DNA of 49,519 bases, taken from Alloascoidea hylecoeti. Its lineage: Eukaryota. The stretch lies in NCBI GenBank assembly GCA_001600815.1, contig BCKZ01000027.1, positions 62,001 to 111,519 on the forward strand. Reading direction: 5' to 3'. Positions 24,230 through 35,409 of the stretch are shown here, piece by piece. A program made the translations under genes and the position numbers. Every line of letters starts with the position of its first letter. Positions within the stretch are counted from its first letter, which is position 1. A model generated the notes under the pieces. It was not told the DNA's origin. It worked only from the letters and a program-made list of their open reading frames with translations, and did no database searches.

Positions 24230-24660
24230 TCCGCATCTCCATTTCCATGGTTTCATCGATATAGATGTTAAAAACAGGTGATATATTAGAAATCCCTTAA
24301 AACCTGAATGGGTCCTAGAAGACGGTTTATTCAAGTTTTTCCATGGATAGAATGCTTTGTGTGACTTTGGCACAGAAATCGAATGTTCTTCCACAAATAA
24401 GCTACCCACTTCATATTTTGTTTATTAGTAGTCTCTATTTTGTATCTAATAGACTTATTTTTAATCCGATTAGTTGTGTTTTCTCCATTCCTGAACGTCT
24501 TTAAGACTTCTTCTAGAATGAGTGTTGATATACCTGTCTTCTTAACACGAACAAGTAAGCTTTTGAAGGCCTGCAAGTTGCAACTATGGGAAATTTACTA
24601 TTTTAATAAACTCGGTGACTAACTTATATCTATGTGATTGATTTCAATAATTCTCCTCTC
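24230..24660 (-). mobile_element. Degenerate Ty3/Gypsy integrase C-terminal (GPF/Y) fragment
   Basis: Across frameshifts on the minus strand: YEVGSLFV (cf. FEVGDLVL), RLLGPIQVL (GPF/Y motif), ISPVFNI..MKPW (cf. IHPVFHVSLLKPY), in the canonical order. Confidence 0.6.
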
Positions 24661-25583
24661 TTCTTGAGGAGCAGATAACTTTGAAGAAAGATTGCTTTCA
24701 TTTTTGATCAGATAAAGTTAAAATAAGGGGTAATTACGATTGCTGACCAATAATATAATAATATATTGTCTATTAAATGTTCTAGTAATCATTAATTCAT
24801 TAGAAAATATTTTATAAATGATAAAGAGTAAGCGCGCACCTTAAGAAAGAAGAATAAGAATATTTATTAAACCTGGATAATTAAACAAGTACTGATACTG
24901 CCGAAGTTAGCCGTCCAAATTTTCAAGGATCCATAGTTGGATTGAATGGATTCTATACCAAATCTGATTTGACTGCTTCCAAACATACTGGAAACGTATG
25001 TAAAATACGTAAACGCATGATCGTATATATACGTGCAAAAATATTTATTTAACAAAATTTTTAGAAATACATTATATATAAAGTCATATATAATCATTAA
25101 AATTACTATAAAAACGAGTTTCATTATTTATTTTCAATAGTTTCAAACTCATGAAAACAAATAATATTATATAAAAAAAAGTAAAGAATTACAAAATAAT
25201 AAACAATAAAAAATAATAGATAGAACTAGCTTGTTAAAAACAAAGATAAATTAGAAACTTTAAAAAACAAACAAAAAGAAGAATTGTAAAAACAATCTAA
25301 TAGTAAAGAAAAAATAACAAGCTTAAGTTACATTATAATAAACGACCAATATTACAATCAGAAAACAATCATTTCCTTTAAAAAACAAACTTGACATTAA
25401 AAAATAAAATAGAAAACAAACATAATATAGATATCAAATCAAATCAATCCTTTTTTAATGGTACTTTCATTTTTAAATTTTAATAGATTATTTTTCAAAC
25501 AAAAAAATATATATTTTCTATTGTAAATGACTCAAATTTATAAAATGTAAATTTTGAAACATGATTCAAAAATTTGTCTTGGC

Positions 25584-26162
25584 TTACAAAAAGAATCCAG
25601 CAGCAAGAACAAGACCAGCTGTAAATAAGCCAGATGCTGGATTCATAATGCCAGCTCCATTTTGAGAACCAGTTGAAGTTGGAATAACCGAACTTACAGG
25701 AGAAGTCTCAGAAGTAGTTGGGGCCAAAGATGAAGGAGGCAAGCTAGTCTTTTTAGCAGAAGTTGAAATGACGGTTGAAGAAGTGTTATGGAAAGTATAA
25801 TTAGAAGAAGCTGTTGCTGAAGTAGAACAGTCAGTAACAACTAATGTTGAGGTGTAATTGACATAAGCAGTAGTACTAATAGTGGTGTAATCAGAAGTAA
25901 CAGTGGTATTTGGTGCTGCACTTTCTGTTGCAACAGCATAGACACCTTGGGCTTTTCCGAGGAGATCTGCGGTATTAACTGAGGTTAATGATACAGGCGC
26001 AGCTGAAGATGAAGCTAAAGCTGAGCTGGAGGATGAGGAAGAAGATCCTGGTAAAGTATAGGTAATAGTGATGGTTGAGTATGAAGTTGTTGTTCCTTCA
26101 GTGTCAGCAGATACTAAAACAGCTAAAGTAGTGAGAGGCAATAAGATAGTTGAAGCTTTCAT
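25584..26162 (-). CDS. GPI-anchored Ser/Thr-rich cell wall protein
   Basis: Signal peptide MKASTILLPLTTLAVLVSA, S/T-rich body with NxT sites, omega-like NGA followed by a hydrophobic tail GLFTAGLVLAAGFFL. Confidence 0.9.
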   Translation of the reverse strand: MKASTILLPLTTLAVLVSADTEGTTTSYSTITITYTLPGSSSSSSSSALASSSAAPVSLTSVNTADLLGKAQGVYAVATESAAPNTTVTSDYTTISTTAYVNYTSTLVVTDCSTSATASSNYTFHNTSSTVISTSAKKTSLPPSSLAPTTSETSPVSSVIPTSTGSQNGAGIMNPASGLFTAGLVLAAGFFL

Positions 26163-27709
26163 TGTTGAATAAAGAAGAATTTGTTTTGATTTTATTTTGA
26201 TTTAAAAATTAATGTGATCTGCAGATATGTATTTATGTGTTAATTTGAAACCCACAAGAAACAGTTAAAAGAATGACTAAAGTGAGAGTTGAGACCAAAA
26301 GGAAAGCACAGTTACAAATTTTATCAAAAGAGCGACAATTGAAGAAGAAAAAAAAGTGGTTATTTCTGTGTTTTTATGATTTTACGGCCAAAAGCTTTGT
26401 GTGGATCATCTACATACTCGTAAAAAACGTTAAAAGAATGTTGTACGCAGCAACTCTAATTCCCCGGTTGTTATTGGCTGAAAGGCCGACCTAGTGTGTC
26501 TTAGAGTTACTTTAATAAGATACGAGAATGTTGGAACTTAAGCTTAATTTACTCTAATAGCTTTAATAGCGTGTATATTTTCTCTTTCTGGTTTTTCTTC
26601 ACCGAATTCTATCTTTTTTTTAAAAATTGTACACTAACACCATTTATTAGAATCACACTAACTATACTATGTAACTATCTAACCGTGTCAATTATTACGA
26701 TGAGTTAGTTTGCCAGGCATTGAATTGAGTTACCAATTTTTCAAAATAAAAAATGATCTGTTTGTTTTAAATAATTTTTCGCTCAGCTTAGTTGGCTTAA
26801 GAAACCTTCAATCGAATTTGATGCTATGGACGGATCCGCACAGAGATTGATCGTGAATAAGTAAGTCCCTATTGTAACATTCAATTTTTAATTACAAGGC
26901 GAAATAGTTTATGTAGAGTTATATGGCAACTTTACGGTTTAAGTTTAAGATACTGTGGATTATATTATTCAATATTCTGAGTTTTTATTGAAGCAGGCAT
27001 TTTTAATTAGAGGTTTGCATTCCAGTCCGACTATGTTCAACTTTGTTATACATGAATAAGTGGAGATAAGTATGAAGAAGTATAGATAAGACATTAATTG
27101 TAACTTAACTTCTAAAGGCAACTGTTTTTCCTTCTACTACATTCAATACATCAGGATAGAATCATATGTTCCGACGCGAGGTTCTTTCGATAAACTTAAT
27201 TACGTTGTACATATTCTTCTCCTTCTTCTTACTTATATTGTGTTTTTCCGTAAATTGAATACATAAATTTAGGAGTTTCCTGTTAAATCAGTGATCACTT
27301 AAGTCTTCGTTACTGTAGTTTCTTCAAGAAACTTAGATTCGACTGGCGATGGGCATAAGGAGATCCGTGATGGGGACGGGATTTCAATGATATCGATCAA
27401 TGAAGGTATTCATTATTGTACTATACTATAAATTATAAAATAATAACGTACGAGTACTACGTCGAGTGGAGTTGAACAGGACAACAAACAGAAAGAACCG
27501 AGGTCATTTTTTCGAATGAAGTAGATATTGTTATATCAGTGACAACAGAGAAAATATTTCAAGGTTACGAAGAAAAATAAATCAAAATAGCTGTGTGAAT
27601 ATGTCTCCTGTCAGATTCCACGTTTCTTTGTTGTTTCCATAATCGCTTTCGTCTTCGATTTCGATTGCGATTGGTGGAGCATTACCGAAAAAAGAACTAT
27701 TATAATACC

Positions 27710-27748
27710 ACACCAAGTTGGTACATCAAGTTGATACACGAAGTTGGT
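27710..27748. repeat. 13-bp tandem repeat x3 of near-palindromic units upstream of the HMG gene
   Basis: ACACCAAGTTGGT / ACATCAAGTTGAT / ACACGAAGTTGGT. Confidence 0.85.
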
Positions 27749-27935
27749 ATAATTTCCTAACCGGTTTGGAAGTAATTATAAGAACTTCTCTGCACAGCGC
27801 AGGCACAGGACATGAAGAATGAAAATGGGCCATGGAGATTCGCATACAATATAAAAACACAAGCAGAAATCAATATTATTCTCTAATTCTGCTGATCTTG
27901 AATTCTTCTACTCTTTCCCCTTTTACTTATCCCAA

Positions 27936-30329
27936 ATGTCATCCCAAACTGATAACATGGCTTATAATCTGTATAAGCTGGCTGAGGTCTCCGGCGTCCT
28001 CACCTCCAAATCTAAATCCCCACAGGGACTATCACCATCGCCGGGGCCCTCCGCTCCACCGGTCGCCAAGCGCACAACAAAAATCCCTAGACCAAAAAAT
28101 GGTATGTCCATGTATTTATACTTATAGATATACTATCACTAATATTTCATTATAGCATTTATCTTGTTTAGACAGAAGTACCATGCATCTGTAGTTGGTG
28201 AGTTTAAAGGAAAAACAAATCCTGAGATATCTAAGATCATCGGTCAGAGATGGAGGGCTTTACCGCAGGAGGAGAAAAACTATTGGTTACGACGAAGTGA
28301 AGAGGAGAAAAAAGAACATAGTAAGAAATATCCTGATTATAGATATCAACCAAAAAGATCTATAAAACAAAAGCAACCTTCTTCTACTGGTGACACTAAT
28401 ATATTGGAGTGTATGGTACCGAATCCAAAGGGAAATTCAGAAAACAGAAACTCTTATAATTCTTCAAACACATTGAATACAATAACTCAGATACTTCAAA
28501 TAACTAAACCAATGGAAATCAATCACTTAAAATCAGTTGGACCTATAATGACTTCTTCTTCAACATTTAATGAGATCAATAGTAATTATAAATCTCACCC
28601 ACAAAGTCAACCTCCTAGCTCTAATCCTGTGATTAACGACAATAGATATGTTATGAGTCAAATTAGTTATATTCCTAATAAACATGATACAAAAAATGAT
28701 CAATCCAATCAATATATGTCCAATTTTCCACCTTTACACTTTCAACCACCATCAAATTCAAATATATCTGATAATGTTACAAATAATGATAAACGAAGAG
28801 GTTTCCAGCAAAACATTCGATATTGCACTCCCACTCCTACTTATTCTTTAAGGGTTGATCAAAATCAGCTACCTTCAAATGATCCACCAACTAACTATTC
28901 ACGAAATTTCAATCATATGAATAACCAATCTCAGCCTACCAATACCCTGAGTAATCAGTTTCAGCCACAAATCTCCCCTATAGGTCTAAGTGGTACGCCT
29001 CCTTTTAATAATTCCCAATTACAAAAACCAATTGCAACTCCAATTCCAATTTCAAATTTAAATTTAAATTTAATTAATAATTCATTTAATAATTCATCTG
29101 CAACAATTGCAAATTCGCCTTCTCCAAAATCAAGATCCGCAACTCCAATATCAATAAGCACACCACCATCGAAATCAACCAGTACAAGGTCATCAATTCA
29201 AACTCCTTCAAGCCCAACAATTACTTCATTAATTAATCTTGATGATGCTGAAAGTATACTTGGTAAAAAGAGGAATTTTATAATTCCAACTCCGCGATCT
29301 GAATCGAATTCTCCAATAAGTATAGGATCTCTCTATGTTACAAATAACAATAATAATGATAATAATCAACAAACTAAAAGAATGCGTATTCATAATATTC
29401 TTGGTGAAAATAAAAATATCAATTGTAATTTACAACAAGAAAAATTAATTGAAATTCAATTTCAAAATAATAATAAATTTAATAATCAAAATAATTACAA
29501 TAGAAATATAAATTTATACCCTGAATTATCAATAAAAGAAAAATCAGATATTCTATCAAAAACATTAAATATTACAACATGGAAGAATAAATATAATAAT
29601 ATTAATGGGTTACAACCATTATCTTGTACCAAAAAATCTAGAAAAACTTTATTAATTTCTATCGAAGGTCTTAATACAAATGATTTTTCAAAACATTTAT
29701 CATCAAGATTAAAAAATTGTTTATTAATTGATACACCATTTATTAATATTAATGAAAATAATAATAATAATGAAGATGAAATTAGAAATGAAAATGCAAA
29801 TGAAAAAAATGATCATGAATATTCGAATTTTAAGAATTCAACAATAACTTGTTCTAAAAGAACAACAAATTTTAATAAACCTTCAAAAGATTTTTCACAA
29901 TCTTTATGGAAATTACATGAAACTTATCAACAACTTTTAGATTTTATTAATAATCGATTTGAAAATATAATAATTGTTAATGGTTATTTAATTAGAATGT
30001 GTGATGAATTATCAAATTGTACTGGAATTCCATTCCAATCATCATCATTATCATCATCAATTTTACAATCATTTAATAATAATAATGATCAACGACAACA
30101 ACAATTACATCCTTGGATTCAAACAGCTTCTTTAATAACATCTGGTTTTACATTTCCTGATATTTCAATTTATTTAAGTTCTAATAAATTAATTCAAGGT
30201 GAAATATCAAATTTTAAATTATCAAATGATTCAAAATTATTAGTAACTGGTTCATATTCAAATTTTAAAAAAGATGAAGATAAAACTTTAAATAAAATTA
30301 TTGATATAATTAATAAAGATTTTTTTTGA
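27936..30329 (+). CDS. MATA_HMG-box transcription factor, Rox1/Rfg1 type (2 exons, ~779 aa)
   Basis: Exon 1 27936-28101, intron 28102-28155 (GTATGT, CACTAAT, TAG), exon 2 28156-30329. Spliced HMG box KIPRPKNAFILFRQKYH...NPEISKIIGQRWRAL...KYPDYRYQPKR, N/S/Q-rich linker, folded C-terminal domain. Confidence 0.9.
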
Positions 30330-32852
30330 TTATATTATATTATCAATTAACATTATAATAGTCATTAAGGTTTTTTATTTATTTTTTTATTTTATTTTTT
30401 ATTTTTTATTGACACTTATATTAATTTTGCACAGAAAATATTTGCAATTGCAAATATTATCATCGCTAAATTGGCGCTATGAAATGTATACTATTATTCT
30501 ATATAGGTAAGTTTAAATATAGGAATTTGTTTATTTTTTGATTCCATTGGGTATGAAGTCTTTTCTCTAGCAATTGATTAGTTTTTTGTTTTTTTCTTTG
30601 TTTTTAAGATTATTATTAATAACTCCTTTAAATTTTAAATTTTAAATTTGTTAGCTCTATGTGGTTCATTTTTTCTACTTTTGATTTTAATGTATAATTT
30701 CTCAACTTGATTTATTATAAGGCTTCATGAATAAATGTTTAAAATTGAAATTAATAACGTTAACAAGTAAAGAACTGTAGCTATGGGTATATGACTTATA
30801 ATTACCGCTTATGTCTCATAAATATAAATATAACCAGCTATAGGTATATGTATTGATATCTAAATCTATAGCCACTTCTTTTTTTGCATTAATTGGAATT
30901 GTATTGCAATTGGCCATGCATAATATATTTCAACTGGTATTATTTCAAAGTACTTCTGCATTAAACACCCATAACCACAATCAATCAACTGAATTGTTGA
31001 TATATCGATATAGGATAAACATAATTATAATCAATGTTCAGAAATATGGTATACGTATATTTTTAATGAAATCTGAAAATGAGATTTCTTTAGCGCACTA
31101 TAATAATATTATTAATATATGATTGTAATGTAACTAACTGCATATAATAGCTCGTGAATATAACTTACTTATGTAATTAAGAGCAATAGCTCACACGATT
31201 CTTGATTATCAGTCCTAAGCTTATAATTCATTTATTTATATAGTAATTAAAAATTATATCAAAAGAATAATTCAAAGAAAATTTAAAGAAAAAATGGTTA
31301 CATTTAATGTAAAGCGTTAGATTTTCTAATTTATAAACTTATGCATATATGCGCATTATAATAATAAAGCATGTGTTATATTTATCTTATAATGGGTTAA
31401 ATGAGCTAATATTCATATATTAATAAGTTTCATAAAAGGTGGACACATTAGTTAACAGTTAATTAAAAGTTAACTGTTAATTTTGATCATTCTATTTAGC
31501 TGTAATCAATATTATACAAGTTTACAAAATAAGTATATAATTGATGAGATGAGTGGTTTACGATCTCGAAAGAAGTTATTTTTATATCTTGAAAAGCCAG
31601 TCAGTAGTCAGATATAGTGTCATAACGAACAATTGAGATGATATTGAGGCGAAAAAACAAGGATTTCAAGACATTTAGGGTAAAATGGGTAAACAAAAGA
31701 AAAACTGTGGCTCTTATCATCACGTGTATATATTGTATTCGAGTTCATGAATCATGATATTACATCTTTTAAATTTTAAAAAGCATATAACCGATAATAA
31801 TAAATAACTATTAATGTTCTTGGAATTGGGCTACACTAACCAATCATGAAATATTTAACACGTTCATGCTATTGAAAATTAAGCTAAATAGACTATTATC
31901 TTAAAATTTATTCTTGAGATCTTAAGCTTGTAGATATTTTGGGTTATATTGCCGTTATTTATGTATGACCAAATTGCAAGATTCGGCTACGTAATTATAA
32001 CTGGATATAGAGAGAAGCTTTTTGTAGGATAAGTGCTTTAAATTGCAAATTGTGTGGGAAAGAATCATTATGAAATTTATGATCGTCAATTATTATTATA
32101 TCATTAAGATTATAATCAGCTTATAACAGTCTATATTTATATTAGCAGATCATTTGTATTGTTAATGAACAAACTTGCATAGCATTAATTCTAACAATAT
32201 AATAATGCATATACTTGTCCGTACAATTGTACCCGATTTTCTGTGTATTTCATCATCGTCTTCTCGCTTATTTGACCTATCATGATCTATTATTCATCAG
32301 CTTATTATTTTAGTAAACCTTCTTTCACTGTCGCTGAGAATTGGTCACAACCGTAACTAGGTATTATATAAGATATTTTAAGAAGTGATTAAACAATAAT
32401 TACAAGCAATCACTCGTATGAATATCAATACCGGCCGTGTTTACCGGCTCAAATAGGATCATCTCTTCCTATGCTACTATTTATTGCTGGTTCACCAATT
32501 ATAAGCAAGTATTACTTCATTACATTTTTGCGTTAATGATAATAATCAGTTATTTTTAAAAAGGTGTATTCACTCACTGTATCTTCAATTCCGGTTCACA
32601 GAACGCTTACGACTTGCTTGTTCAAATGTACTCCTATTGTCTGAATCATTTTAATAATCCTGTTATTAATAATATTAATAGTAAAAGTTTATTGCTGTCA
32701 AAATATTCGTTTCGTTTAAATTTAAAATTTAAGCTTCTTTAAAATTTAATCATTAATAATTATTTGAAAAATTAGTAGTTATAGCATCACGTGTATTAGT
32801 CGTACTTCAAAATTTTAGTTTAAGATTTATATTGATGAAATAAAAAACAAAA

Positions 32853-34187
32853 ATGATAAGATTCAAAAGCATTAATATCAGATTATTTAGATTTCCAAAG
32901 AATATTTATAACGTGAATAATTATAGATTAATACGGCATAATTCTACAACTCCTCCGAATATAGTTGATAAAACTTTTAAAAGTCATAGTTTTCCAAAAT
33001 CAAATGTAGAAGGATTAAATGATTATGAACCACCAACACCATCATTAAATGATAAAATTTTTGTTGCAATGTCATCAGGAGTAGATTCTTCAGTAACCGC
33101 AGCTCTTATGACAGAAAAATATTCCAAAAGAAACGTTCATGGTATTTATATGGCAAATTGGTCTCCAACTTCTAAATGTGTTGAATCTGAATGGAATGAT
33201 GTTCAAAAAGTTTGTAAAGTACTTGATATTTCATGTGAAAGAGTTGATTTTGAAAAAGAATATTGGCAAAGTGTTTTTCAACCAATGTTAGAAGAATATG
33301 AAAAAGGTTATACTCCGAATCCTGATGTCCAATGTAATAAACTCATTAAATTTGGAAGTTTATTAGAATTTATTTCTGGAAAATATAAATCAAATGACAA
33401 TAATAATAAATGGTGGTTAGCAACTGGTCATTATGCTAGGAAATTGATTCAGAAATCAAATAATCAATCACAATTATTACGTGCTAAATGTACTTCAAAA
33501 GATCAAAGTTATTTTTTATCAACTATCTCAACTGAAGCTTTAAATAAAGTGATATTTCCAGTTGGAAATTACACAAAATCAGAGGTAAGAGAAATTGCAC
33601 GTAAATTTGATTTACCAACTGCTGAAAAGCCCGATTCACAAGGTTTATGTTTTGTAATGCAATCACAAAAATCATTTAGGGAATTTTTGAATGATTTTAT
33701 TGAACCAAAACCCGGAAATATTGTGACAGATAAAGGAGATATTGTTGGAAAACATTCTGGTTTATGGTATGCTACAATAGGACAAAAATCTAGTATTTCT
33801 ATGCCACAAGGAGATCCCAAAACAGCCGGAGCTTGGTTTATATCTACCAAAAACTTTGCCACTAACGAATTGGTGATTGTGAAAGGAAGAGATAATAAAG
33901 CTTTATATTCTGATGTTGTAATTGCAAAAGATTGGAAATGGTTAGGGAACTTTTCAGAATCTCAACTTCCTGAACCATCTAAATTGAATATTCAATATAA
34001 AGCATTACAAACACCAAACAATTTAGCAGGAATTTCCTTAATTAACGATTTCGGCGGAAAGGTTACGAGTATAATCTTTTACTTGGACGAATCCGTACGA
34101 GCCCTTGCCCCAGGACAAAATATAGTGTTATATAGTGGAGATCGTGTTGTTGGTTGTGGAGTAATCGACCGGACAAAAACATTGTAA
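32853..34187 (+). CDS. SLM3: Mitochondrial tRNA 2-thiouridylase (MnmA/Mtu1)
   Basis: Basic presequence; AMSSGVDSS PP-loop, TPNPDVQCN, ATGHYA, KDQSYFL, DSQGLCF, ALAPGQ. Confidence 0.95.
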   Translation: MIRFKSINIRLFRFPKNIYNVNNYRLIRHNSTTPPNIVDKTFKSHSFPKSNVEGLNDYEPPTPSLNDKIFVAMSSGVDSSVTAALMTEKYSKRNVHGIYMANWSPTSKCVESEWNDVQKVCKVLDISCERVDFEKEYWQSVFQPMLEEYEKGYTPNPDVQCNKLIKFGSLLEFISGKYKSNDNNNKWWLATGHYARKLIQKSNNQSQLLRAKCTSKDQSYFLSTISTEALNKVIFPVGNYTKSEVREIARKFDLPTAEKPDSQGLCFVMQSQKSFREFLNDFIEPKPGNIVTDKGDIVGKHSGLWYATIGQKSSISMPQGDPKTAGAWFISTKNFATNELVIVKGRDNKALYSDVVIAKDWKWLGNFSESQLPEPSKLNIQYKALQTPNNLAGISLINDFGGKVTSIIFYLDESVRALAPGQNIVLYSGDRVVGCGVIDRTKTL

Positions 34188-34466
34188 ATATCAACTATGG
34201 GCATAACTGTAGTTGTGTCGGTGTGCATAACAAATACTCACAAAACGCAAACCTCCATCTTCTTTGATTAACAAACATCTTTGTAGCTTTTCACTCCTAC
34301 ATTTTGGGTATGTATTTTTAGTAAAATGCTATTGCCTTCTTTTGGATACCTTTGTTCCTTTCTTCCTTTTAGTTCAGTCGTGAGACTAATGTTATTTCGT
34401 AGTGATCTACCTTTATCTTTAACCACCTATCTATTTTCTGATCTCTTTAACTTCATTTGATCTACA

Positions 34467-35123
34467 ATGTGGAACTGGTTCGGAGGACGGGCTGCAAAAA
34501 AAGACACAGCCAAGGAGGCTATTGTAAATTTAAGGACGCACATTGATCTATTATATAAAAAGGAAAAACATCTCGAAACATTAATTGCAGAATCAGAGGC
34601 AAAGGCAAGGGCAAATGTTACAAAAAATAAAGCTGTTGCCAAACAAGCATTAAAGAGAAAACGAACTCTTCAAACACAATTGGATAAACATCAAGACCAA
34701 ATCGATTCTTTAGAACAACAATTGAATGCAATTGAAAATGCAAACCTTAACCTGGAGACTGTTAAAGTCATGACTGATGGCGCAACTGCTATAAAGAAAA
34801 TACATGGTAATCTTAATATTGATAAAGTGGATGAAACAATGGATAATATTCGTGAACAAGTGGCGATGAGTGAGGAGATTTCTGATGCCATTTCAAGACC
34901 TTTGGGTACTGATTTGGTTGATGAAGATGAATTAGAAGATGAACTGGATGCATTAGAACAAGAAGCTCTTGATGATAAGATGATAAACGCAGGTCATGTT
35001 CCTGCTGATAAATTACCTTCTGTTGGTGAACCAAGTAGATTACCTTCACATAAGAATCAACCTATAGAAGAAGATGATGACGAAGAAGAACTAAGAAAAC
35101 TACAAGAATCACTTGCAATGTAG
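34467..35123 (+). CDS. SNF7: ESCRT-III subunit Snf7/Vps32
   Basis: MWNWFGG start, AIENANLNLET, IDKVDETMDNIREQ, VDEDELEDELDALEQE, C-terminal EEELRKLQESLAM. Confidence 0.96.
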   Translation: MWNWFGGRAAKKDTAKEAIVNLRTHIDLLYKKEKHLETLIAESEAKARANVTKNKAVAKQALKRKRTLQTQLDKHQDQIDSLEQQLNAIENANLNLETVKVMTDGATAIKKIHGNLNIDKVDETMDNIREQVAMSEEISDAISRPLGTDLVDEDELEDELDALEQEALDDKMINAGHVPADKLPSVGEPSRLPSHKNQPIEEDDDEEELRKLQESLAM

Positions 35124-35409
35124 TATTAATGATCAAGTTGATATCTGATATTAGTTTTGTTATTTAGATCTTCTGTTTTTCCATTTATTTTCCCATTTAT
35201 TTTTCAATTAATTTGTTCATTTTACATTTTTTTACATAGTAAATATTAATATTGGTAGTATGAAATATAAAATATGAAATGTATGCTTGTTGTCATGGCA
35301 ACTATCCACTTGACGACATTTTGCTGTGTTTACAGTTTTATTTATTCAAACACAAGAATTTATTTCTTCAAATCATTTGTCGATATCAAATTTTTGACAA
35401 CTTTTATTA

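Noticed and set aside
27832..28155. 107-aa ORF overlapping HMG exon 1
   Set aside because: Alternative frame running through the intron; the spliced HMG box explains the region.
27936..30329. HMG gene as a mating-type (MATa2/MAT1-2-1) locus
   Set aside because: 779-aa Rox1-type architecture and no SLA2/APN2 or other MAT genes nearby.
31718..31728. CDEI-like TCACGTG as a point centromere
   Set aside because: No CDEIII consensus at the proper distance; the same motif recurs in ordinary promoters.
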